Below are positions 56,909 through 64,000 of a DNA stretch of 64,000 nucleotides, piece after piece. Position numbers and translations under genes: made by a program. Below the pieces are notes generated by a model. The model was given only the letters and a program-made list of their open reading frames with translations, did no database searches and had not been told where the DNA came from. How positions within the stretch are numbered: the first letter of the stretch is position 1; each line of letters starts with the position of its first letter. Source of the stretch: a virus; the IMG/VR virus record IMGVR_UViG_3300031772_000023, positions 3,985 through 67,984 of that record. One strand, 5' to 3'.

Positions 56909-57628
56909 TTATTTCTTTCCCCATTCAGCAGAAAGAGTAAATGGTTTTGTTTCTTCTTTTGTTAATGCTTCGTATTTAGCTTTCCAGTTTTCTTGTTCCC
57001 ACGGAAATAATTTTGTGTTTTCATCACGTTCTACAAAAGATTTAAAAGAATGTGTAATTTGTTTTGACTTTTCTTTGAATAGTTTATAATATTTAAAAGC
57101 CTCGTTGAACTCATCAAGCCGCGCGGAATCTTGAATTTCTCCAATGAAGTTATTTATGCTTCGCCATTGGTTGTAGTATTTGGAGTTTTCAAATCCAAAG
57201 TATAGTTTTATGGAATCAAAAGTTACTGGATCGAACAAACATTTAACATGTTGTTTATTTATAACACTATCACTTACACTAACACTAACACTAACAGCTT
57301 CGTTTGCTTCGTCTTGCTTCGATAATGAAGCATTTGCTTCGTCTTGCTTCATTTTGCTTCGTCTTGCTTCTCCGCTTTTTAATCCTCCTAAATGACCTGA
57401 TTTTGAACGTTCTACCTTTGTATTTTCCCAATTTATCAAATCTCTTTTTAAACTTTGCTTAATAGGCTCAAAAGCAATTTGAGTCAATTTGTCCGGCGGT
57501 TCTGGGTTTAGATCATTAATATAACGTAAGTAGTGTTTAATCAACCTTCCGGCCTCAGCATCGTCCAGAGCTTCAAATGTGTGTATTATATCAACATAAA
57601 GTATTACAGACTTTTTATTCTCCGCCAT
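56909..57628 (-). CDS. Putative replication initiator (DUF6291-type N-terminus)
   Basis: KKSVILYVD...LDDAEAGRLIK, G.LGGLKSGEARR, low-complexity linker; upstream of dnaB. Confidence 0.75.
   Translation of the reverse strand: MAENKKSVILYVDIIHTFEALDDAEAGRLIKHYLRYINDLNPEPPDKLTQIAFEPIKQSLKRDLINWENTKVERSKSGHLGGLKSGEARRSKMKQDEANASLSKQDEANEAVSVSVSVSDSVINKQHVKCLFDPVTFDSIKLYFGFENSKYYNQWRSINNFIGEIQDSARLDEFNEAFKYYKLFKEKSKQITHSFKSFVERDENTKLFPWEQENWKAKYEALTKEETKPFTLSAEWGKK
57298..57370. repeat. Iteron-like direct repeats, candidate replication origin
   Basis: Six TTGCTTC units in 10-bp register within the initiator linker. Confidence 0.6.
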
Positions 57629-57981
57629 TATATTTTTTATTTAAAAAATAATTATCAACATCTTTTCTTTCGATGTGCTTACAAACAAGGTCTATAATTT
57701 TCTGGGTTCTTCCAACAGCGTTCTTCGTGATTAATCATTGCGTGATTTCTTTTCAATTCCTTTTTTCAGAAATCACACTTATAAATAGTTATATTATATA
57801 GTACTTTCATATATAAAGTGCCTCTTCGGGTCGGGGCGGCTTGCGGTTAGCGGCTTAAGCAACTGAGAGCGCATCCCCTTCCCTAAAGGACTTTTATCTT
57901 AAATATTTTTTTGTTGAATCATTTGCTTAAGCCTTAATTAATGGACAAATATACTAATTACTTTAACACTACAACTTTATT

Positions 57982-58323
57982 TTAAATATTTACAGGTAAT
58001 TTAATTCCTAATTTTTTACACATTTCAATACCTTCGTTAATAGCATTAGGAAATTTATTTAATCTTTCTTTTGCCTTTAATATTGTGTTTTTTTTACTCG
58101 AATTATTTACCAATCTCATTCCTGTTTCTAAGTGAGAAACATTGTAGCCTATAATTTTACCCTGTATAGTTTCCTCTTCCTCCTTAAAAATAAAACATGG
58201 AATATTATTAATTGTTACTGGATGACCTTCAACTTCCTTAAATATTATCTCTCTTTTGATAGCCATTTCAGATAATAATTCTTGGGGAATAGGAGAATTA
58301 AATGTAGTAATTTTATATTTCAT
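57982..58323 (-). CDS. Hypothetical protein
   Basis: YNVSHLETGMR segment. Confidence 0.6.
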   Translation of the reverse strand: MKYKITTFNSPIPQELLSEMAIKREIIFKEVEGHPVTINNIPCFIFKEEEETIQGKIIGYNVSHLETGMRLVNNSSKKNTILKAKERLNKFPNAINEGIEMCKKLGIKLPVNI

Positions 58324-58327
58324 ATAT

Positions 58328-58918
58328 TTATTTTAAATATTTATCATAATCAATTTTTTCATTCCAACAAATAATCTGACCAGAGAAGGGATGAGGATAT
58401 TTAAACCAATCCAACATATCAGTACTAGATAGTCCATCATTTTTAGCTATTTCAGCAAAAAATTCATTATCCGGTAAATCAATACTAGTAATTATTTTTT
58501 GCTTACCAGTATTATTTTTTATAAATATATTTCCCTGAAATATGCTGAAATCCCACAGCTTTTTGATTTGTGTATCTGGGGCAAAAGTTATTTGTTTGCT
58601 ATGATAAGCACCTTTTCTTCCTGACTTAAGATTAATATTATCACCCCAAACTCTAGGAGAGAAAAAATCTCCAACTTTCCATTTGTTGCCATTTCTTATA
58701 GTAGTATACTTTGTCTGGTCATTATGTCTGTGGTCGATGAAATTTAAAGATTCTATTGGAAGTTCATCCGTAAAAATACTTGGAACTGCATCTTTTCCTT
58801 CCCAAATCTTTTCCACAAAATAAGTAGGTTCTTTTTTTCGAGAATGATATGATGGATATGTTCTTGAGAATGAAATTACTTTTGACATATTATAGATTTT
58901 CTTAATGAATAAAGCCAC
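58328..58918 (-). CDS. Hypothetical phage protein (ASCH-like)
   Basis: TKYTTIR..WKVGD...IAKNDG. Confidence 0.5.
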   Translation of the reverse strand: MALFIKKIYNMSKVISFSRTYPSYHSRKKEPTYFVEKIWEGKDAVPSIFTDELPIESLNFIDHRHNDQTKYTTIRNGNKWKVGDFFSPRVWGDNINLKSGRKGAYHSKQITFAPDTQIKKLWDFSIFQGNIFIKNNTGKQKIITSIDLPDNEFFAEIAKNDGLSSTDMLDWFKYPHPFSGQIICWNEKIDYDKYLK

Positions 58919-59172
58919 GCATCAAAGTTGGCTTCTTCTTTAATATCTCTCTTTAATCTACTTTCTACATACTGCCTTGGGCTTATATCATCAGGCTTGT
59001 GTGTGAAAAAATCAAATTCGAGATAATATACCTCTTGTCCATTAACTGTGTCAAATATAAATACTCGTTCTCCGTCTAAGAAATCACGTATTTTGTCAGA
59101 CAATTCCCAGTCTTTATCTTTTCTTGCATATTCTCGGAGTTGTATTAACTGATCTATTGGAGTGATTTTCAT
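58876..59172 (-). CDS. Stand-alone CysRS C-terminal-like domain protein
   Basis: LREYARKDKDWELSDKIRDFL...IFDT..G. Confidence 0.6.
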   Translation of the reverse strand: MKITPIDQLIQLREYARKDKDWELSDKIRDFLDGERVFIFDTVNGQEVYYLEFDFFTHKPDDISPRQYVESRLKRDIKEEANFDAWLYSLRKSIICQK

Positions 59173-59558
59173 TAATTAATTGATTTACCTAGCACAAACA
59201 TTTCTACAAAATATATATCGTTGTATTGATTCCTTTTTAAAATGTCAATTTCTTTTTGAACAGAGTCTATTATAAGTTTATAATCAATGTATGACTCCAG
59301 TCCCCTTTCCGCGAAAGATAAGAAAGCTTCTATTTTCTTCCTAGTTGAAATAATATTGGTGTGTCTCCTAAGTTTGAATTCTTGGGCTAATTTCTGCTGG
59401 GAAATGCTTATATTTTTCTCGCATAAGAACATGGAGATATGTTTGTGCTTTATAATTAGCCCGACTCTTTTATTTGACTCGAATTCCGAAGCAGTCGCGC
59501 CCATTGCTTTGGCGACCATCTTTTTAATGTCAAGTGGCGTGACTTTGTTTGTTTTCAT
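59172..59558 (-). CDS. DnaA C-terminal HTH-like protein
   Basis: HISMFLC...SQQKLAQEF..RRHTNII..RKKI. Confidence 0.6.
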   Translation of the reverse strand: MKTNKVTPLDIKKMVAKAMGATASEFESNKRVGLIIKHKHISMFLCEKNISISQQKLAQEFKLRRHTNIISTRKKIEAFLSFAERGLESYIDYKLIIDSVQKEIDILKRNQYNDIYFVEMFVLGKSIN

Positions 59559-59649
59559 AGTTAAAGATTTATATTGGTTATATTCCTGTTAAATATTTGT
59601 TACATGAACAGGAATATTAACATTAACTCGCATATTTACAACTACTTAC

Positions 59650-59673
59650 TAATATGTAATACATATACATGTT
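59650..59673 (+). repeat. attI-like site, full 24-bp copy
   Basis: Identical to 44698-44721. Confidence 0.8.
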
Positions 59674-59681
59674 AGCCACAA

Positions 59682-59903
59682 TTATAGTGGAAGATACACA
59701 CCATTTTTTACATTAAAATCGAAATCGTGTTTATCTATACTCAAATAAAATTCCTTTTTACCGCTAATCTTATTAGCTTTCTTTTTACACCACAACACAA
59801 TAATAAAATCATCAACAACACCTCTGACTTCACACGAATCTATGTTGTTAATGTTGTTTTCATTGAAATACTTTTTGAATTTTAATCCTACTTTTAATTC
59901 CAT
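59682..59903 (-). CDS. Cassette gene, hypothetical protein
   Basis: Fills the cassette. Confidence 0.65.
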   Translation of the reverse strand: MELKVGLKFKKYFNENNINNIDSCEVRGVVDDFIIVLWCKKKANKISGKKEFYLSIDKHDFDFNVKNGVYLPL

Positions 59904-60047
59904 TTTATTTTCGTTTTAAATTGTTAATAATCAAATAACTGTGGCTAACAGCGTATATAAGAAATGGCACATAAACATTCGTGCTTAATTTTAACATTCT
60001 ACAAGTGCCACTTCTCATATACGCAAAACGTTAAACGCAAATAAAAA

Positions 60048-60218
60048 TTAACCATTGGCTTTCGTTTCCAGTTCAACAATTTTGGCATCTGTTTTGTCGA
60101 GTTTATCGCTCAAACTTCTAAACATAAACTCATCGCAATATGGATTTGCCATCATATCCAAAATTGTTTTCCTTACCTCTTTAAATTCTTCTATTGTCTT
60201 CGGCATTTCTACTTTCAT
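60048..60218 (-). CDS. Cassette gene, 56 aa (not in ORF track)
   Basis: MKVEMPKTIEEFKEVRKTILDMMANPYCDEFMF... Confidence 0.55.
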   Translation of the reverse strand: MKVEMPKTIEEFKEVRKTILDMMANPYCDEFMFRSLSDKLDKTDAKIVELETKANG

Positions 60219-60307
60219 ATTGTGTAGTTTTTAATCCGTAAAAAATAACTTCGCCAAGCCCGATATACGTTATATGCCTATTGTAACGCAAGAATCATAA
60301 TAAGGTT

Positions 60308-60511
60308 TCACTTATTTGAATATTTATTTCTACTCTTAAATATTATCAATGAATCCGGATTGTTTCTCAATACTAATCTATCGCATTTGCCACATCTAGG
60401 GCAAGTAAGCCACACCACCTCATAAGTAGGCTCTATTTGACCCACAGGCTTCATATAGGCCACGTTTAGGCTAATTGGGTACATTAGTATCATTAGGAGG
60501 TATGCGCGCAT
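60308..60511 (-). CDS. Hypothetical protein with CxxC
   Basis: CPRCG. Confidence 0.4.
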   Translation of the reverse strand: MRAYLLMILMYPISLNVAYMKPVGQIEPTYEVVWLTCPRCGKCDRLVLRNNPDSLIIFKSRNKYSNK

Positions 60512-60575
60512 TTGCGTGTAGTTTAAATTTCGTTCATTATCACCATTTTTCTATTAGATCAGCCTTGTGAAGTAG

Positions 60576-60767
60576 CTAAAAGCGCACATTTTTTCGGGCT
60601 TTGGAGATTACTGCACGAATTGAAATTTCTTTCGCTTCGTCTATTCCTCCGCAATCCTTGACAAACTTTTCTTCGATAAAAAAACGGACAGGAATTTTTA
60701 TCAAGCCCCTATCCGCCAAAGGGTCGCGTCCAGCCCCTTTTCTTTTTCCTCCTTGTGTTTTTTTCAT
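60576..60767 (-). CDS. Small basic protein (GGKRKGAGR motif)
   Basis: Motif shared with 47000..47206. Confidence 0.6.
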   Translation of the reverse strand: MKKTQGGKRKGAGRDPLADRGLIKIPVRFFIEEKFVKDCGGIDEAKEISIRAVISKARKNVRF

Positions 60768-60973
60768 TATTTATTATTTACGATTTTTGTAATTTCCTCG
60801 ACATAAGCCCATTCTCCTAATTGGGCTGCTGCTTTTTTTGCTTCGTTTTCATTTTCAAAAACAGTCATTGGGCAAAAAGTTTCTGAATTTCTACCTCTCC
60901 CCATGTCAGTTAGATACTGACCACCATTTGAAGATGAATCGCAAAGAGTGAAAAATCTTTTTTGTATTTTCAT
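60767..60973 (-). CDS. Hypothetical protein
   Basis: Coupled to downstream gene. Confidence 0.55.
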   Translation of the reverse strand: MKIQKRFFTLCDSSSNGGQYLTDMGRGRNSETFCPMTVFENENEAKKAAAQLGEWAYVEEITKIVNNK

Positions 60974-60977
60974 GTTA

Positions 60978-61232
60978 TTAAAAATTAAAATATTTTTTCA
61001 GATAAAAAAACATCTCATCACAAGACCTAACTACTATATTTATGTCAGTATCTTCGTGAATTAATGAACTATACCCACCAGAAGCATGATTTGATATTCT
61101 AACGGTTTGTCCGTTATAATTAAAATATGAACTACCGCAAGATTGTGCGAATTGCTCACCACCCATTGATTTAATGAATGAACAGAGCCTATCTGTGTTC
61201 CTGTTTATTTTTGAGATTTCTTTGTAGTTCAT
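60978..61232 (-). CDS. Hypothetical protein
   Basis: SSYF...VRISNH motif. Confidence 0.6.
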   Translation of the reverse strand: MNYKEISKINRNTDRLCSFIKSMGGEQFAQSCGSSYFNYNGQTVRISNHASGGYSSLIHEDTDINIVVRSCDEMFFYLKKYFNF

Positions 61233-61392
61233 TTTAGTTTGTTTATTTTGTTCGTTTGTTTCTTAATGTAAATATACGAACATTTTTGAATATGGTGCAT
61301 TAAAATTGCATTATTTTCTTATAACTCTGTAACTCTTTGATTATCAATACGATTAATCATTGGTAGAAGTATAAGTTGGTTTATGCTATTGA

Positions 61393-61417
61393 TACGCGAT
61401 AGGATTTAAAAGGTTAC
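61393..61417 (-). promoter_or_regulatory. ECF-sigma-like promoter motif, copy 5
   Basis: Minus strand GTAACCTTTTAAATCCTATCGCGTA, intergenic. Confidence 0.6.
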
Positions 61418-61553
61418 GATATTAGAAAATATTTTTTTTATTGCTATTAATATGATTTATTATTCGTATCAGTAGTCCTACTGAAAAAATCAGTACTTAA
61501 ATACTACTTAACTACTCAGAACACTATCGAGAGTTCACTTACTTAAATTAAAC

Positions 61554-61751
61554 TTATTTTAATTTAGGCTTCGCTCCTCTTTGACGAACGGTAAAGAGTT
61601 CTACCGGGTAGGTATTGGTATCTATTACGTAAGTAGGGTTACCGTGCCTCATTTCTATCTCGCATACAATATCCTCTTCTTTGATTCTATTGTATATTGA
61701 TTGGCGGCTCACCTTGCAAGCAATGGCGAATTCTGTTACTGTTAAATTCAT
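61554..61751 (-). CDS. Excisionase-like HTH protein
   Basis: LTVTEFAIACKVSRQSIYNRIKE. Confidence 0.7.
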   Translation of the reverse strand: MNLTVTEFAIACKVSRQSIYNRIKEEDIVCEIEMRHGNPTYVIDTNTYPVELFTVRQRGAKPKLK

Positions 61752-61799
61752 AACAGCGAATATATTAATAAAATCAATTGAAGATATTAAATTAATTTT

Positions 61800-61824
61800 G
61801 TAACCTTTTTAAATTTGTGTCGTA
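61800..61824 (+). promoter_or_regulatory. ECF-sigma-like promoter motif, copy 6
   Basis: GTAACCTTTTTAAATTTGTGTCGTA upstream of ORF 61858. Confidence 0.6.
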
Positions 61825-61857
61825 ATAATACCATAAACCAATTTAAAATCAAACAAA

Positions 61858-62070
61858 ATGAACACAGACAAATCAAGTGAATTTACCATTAAGGAAATGG
61901 CGGACAAAGTAGCAAAACGTAGAGAAAAAAGCGTTTATCTTTTAGGAAAAAACAAAAACGGAAACAATGTTTATTTCGTTGGCGATTACAAAGATGCTAT
62001 GAAAAAGGCAGGGAGTTATTCTGTATCAAGTAACGGAACGAGAGATAGTCGTTTGCCAAAAAGAAAGTAA
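61858..62070 (+). CDS. Hypothetical protein
   Basis: 70 aa ORF after promoter motif. Confidence 0.55.
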   Translation: MNTDKSSEFTIKEMADKVAKRREKSVYLLGKNKNGNNVYFVGDYKDAMKKAGSYSVSSNGTRDSRLPKRK

Positions 62071-62225
62071 TGGAACTATCTGTAACAGAATATGCAAAGC
62101 GGTTGGGCGTAACTCGTTCAGCCGTTTTGTTACAGATAAAAGAAAAGAGATTGCCGAAAAATGTTACGGTTAAAAAAATTGGTAATACTTATTCTTTATC
62201 TGTGCGAGGGCAAAAAAACAAATAA
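62070..62225 (+). CDS. Excisionase-like HTH protein (51 aa, not in ORF track)
   Basis: MELSVTEYAKRLGVTRSAVLLQIKE; TAATG coupling; resembles 61554..61751. Confidence 0.65.
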   Translation: MELSVTEYAKRLGVTRSAVLLQIKEKRLPKNVTVKKIGNTYSLSVRGQKNK

Positions 62226-62406
62226 AAAGTTTTAACCACAAATGCTAATTCGGAGCGATAAACCTTTTTTTCTTAAAACTTTTTAGGGAGGGTTTTAAAA
62301 TCTTTCTTAATCATTATCAAGTAGTTACGAAAATAAGTGAAAATAAATTTGCAGGAATGAAACTATTGTGTTACATTTGTAGTATAAATAACAAAAACAA
62401 AACATT

Positions 62407-62649
62407 ATGTACGGAGCAAAAAGAATAACAATCGAAAAAACAGGAATGATAGTTTTAGCAGGAAACAAAAGCTACATACCAGTTGGAAGATACTACAACA
62501 TTGAAGGTATGCTTGTAGGTAAACTTCGCAAGGTGGAAAATCCATTTGAAACAAAATTGGATGAAACAAATTCAGTTGATTTCAAATTTGCCAATGTTTC
62601 TGAATTAAGAAAATTTGTAAAAGCAACTTATGCAAACGAACTAAACTAA
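62407..62649 (+). CDS. Hypothetical protein
   Basis: Follows TACATTTG -7 box at 62372. Confidence 0.6.
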   Translation: MYGAKRITIEKTGMIVLAGNKSYIPVGRYYNIEGMLVGKLRKVENPFETKLDETNSVDFKFANVSELRKFVKATYANELN

Positions 62650-62655
62650 AACACT

Positions 62656-62967
62656 ATGAAAACTTTAGCCAATGTACTTGGATATTCAAATGAAGAAATT
62701 GAAAAAATCCGCAAACAAGACAGGGAAGAAATACTTTCTAAATTTGGAAACGAATATGTGGTATTTGATTTTAAAAACAAAACTATGTTCTCTCCAAAAG
62801 ATGCTGAATTTTATCCTACTACTGCATTTCCAGTTGTCGTATCTTATAAAAGAGAAGTAGATGCTTGGGGACAAATGAGTGCTATTGAAAAATGGCTGAA
62901 TAAAAAAGACAACGAAATAAGCGTTATTACTTTGAATGATGCAAATGAAATTTTAAATGGGAAATAA
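62656..62967 (+). CDS. Hypothetical protein
   Basis: In operon with neighbours. Confidence 0.6.
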   Translation: MKTLANVLGYSNEEIEKIRKQDREEILSKFGNEYVVFDFKNKTMFSPKDAEFYPTTAFPVVVSYKREVDAWGQMSAIEKWLNKKDNEISVITLNDANEILNGK

Positions 62968-63160
62968 GATGGCATACGAAACACTAACATTCCGACCAAG
63001 CAAGGAAAATAGCGAACTCCTTGCTCAACTGGCTGAACTTGCAAAACAGGACAACCGAAAGTTGAATAATTATATTGAAACGATTTTACTCAATTGGATT
63101 AAAAATAATCCTCTTAATCTTCCTGCGGGTGGGCAAAAAAGTTTTAAGAAAAAAAGATAA
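62957..63160 (+). CDS. Ribbon-helix-helix (Arc-like) protein
   Basis: LTFRP...LAELAKQDNRKLNNYIETIL. Confidence 0.7.
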   Translation: MGNKMAYETLTFRPSKENSELLAQLAELAKQDNRKLNNYIETILLNWIKNNPLNLPAGGQKSFKKKR

Positions 63161-63293
63161 TGAATTAAATGATTTAAGATCAGATATAGGAACAACCCTT
63201 TTTTTTCTGATCTTCCGGTTGATAATAAAAGAGATTACTATAAAGTTATGGATTCAATAAAAACATTAATTGATAACCTTAAATAGCTAACCA

Positions 63294-63575
63294 ATGAACA
63301 AAGAAGCTATTAAAGTCCACTTTCCATTAACCATCATACTAATGGTTTTGGTTATAATAATCTGCCTAACAAGCTGCAAGCCATCAAAAATGGTAATTAT
63401 AAATCATAACGGACTAAGAGAATTGAATTTTTCAGTAATTTCGTATGATAATCAATTGAAACAGCTAATAAAACGTAGTGCTGGGATAGATTGTGTAAGT
63501 TATCGGTACTACAAACGCCATCCTGAAGAGTTTAAGATTGATAATTCTGTGCGAAAGCAAATGATTGAAAATTGA
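63294..63575 (+). CDS. Putative lipoprotein
   Basis: Hydrophobic stretch plus LTSC lipobox. Confidence 0.5.
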   Translation: MNKEAIKVHFPLTIILMVLVIIICLTSCKPSKMVIINHNGLRELNFSVISYDNQLKQLIKRSAGIDCVSYRYYKRHPEEFKIDNSVRKQMIEN

Positions 63576-63793
63576 AATGACCATAAATTCATATAATTAT
63601 AGCTTATGAATTAGAATTTTAATTATATTTGCCACATGAATCTAGGAATATTAAAAGCCGAACGTCTTAGACAAGACGATATCAAATCAAAAGAAGTAAA
63701 TAAAAACAATAGTAAAGTAATTAAAGATTTTGCACAAATAAAGACGATCATAGATATTAATAAAAAAGAACCAATAACACCTAATACCACAAA

Positions 63794-63934
63794 ATGAAAA
63801 CTATCCTTACTCTCTCCTCTATCTGCCTAATACTATCCTCTTGCTCTTCACCTTCTAACACAGAAACAAAAATAGTTGTAAGCGACTCTTCTTCAAGAAA
63901 TATCGTCGTTGGTGACTCTCTAAGAGTAAAATAA
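63794..63934 (+). CDS. Small putative lipoprotein (46 aa, not in ORF track)
   Basis: MKTILTLSSICLILSSC lipobox. Confidence 0.45.
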   Translation: MKTILTLSSICLILSSCSSPSNTETKIVVSDSSSRNIVVGDSLRVK

Positions 63935-64000
63935 GCTACTTCAAGCCTCCAAATATACTCTTCTTCCCAATCTCTCCCTTAATCCTTTCTGTAGGCATCG

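Larger units (their letters stand above)
59671..60271. mobile_element. Satellite array of two cassettes; second hairpin half deleted
   Basis: GTTAGCCACAATTAT / ATAACTGTGGCTAAC, hairpin 59947-60032, right arm only at 60249-60271. Confidence 0.8.

Noticed and set aside
57818-57895. GC-rich intergenic stem as tRNA or ncRNA
   Set aside because: No cloverleaf or recognisable family; too little evidence.
1-64000. Stop-codon reassignment as in some crAss-like phages
   Set aside because: Long genes are intact under the standard code and TAA, TAG and TGA all end genes.

Overview
The window looks like most of a Bacteroidota podovirus-type phage genome, related in gene content to Crassvirales but with no RNA polymerase seen. 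Nothing was searched against databases; all calls come from motifs, gene order and hand alignment. About 1-40.4 kb (mostly + strand) holds a GroES-like protein, terminase, a block of host-like secreted proteins and lipoproteins, portal, scaffold, major capsid, tail and ejection proteins and lysis-type membrane proteins. About 40.6-61.8 kb (- strand) holds recombination and replication genes (SSB-like, RusA-like, DnaB, DUF6291-type initiator with iterons). The main discovery is an integron-like gene-cassette system in the phage. A tyrosine recombinase (43827-44666) lacks the IntI-specific insertion and is followed by an attI-like site (44698-44721) and a 9.8 kb array of 21 cassettes (44719-54500). 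Each cassette has its own GTT...AAC terminal inverted repeat and ends in an imperfect AAC...GTT attC-like hairpin. The attI-like site recurs at 40670 and 59650, each with satellite cassettes, and another cassette sits just upstream of dnaB. All cassette genes face the attI-like site, several start inside the hairpin loop, and four encode DNA methyltransferases. A six-copy ECF-sigma-like motif (GTAACCTTT-N12-CGT) includes one copy pointing into the array from its far end.
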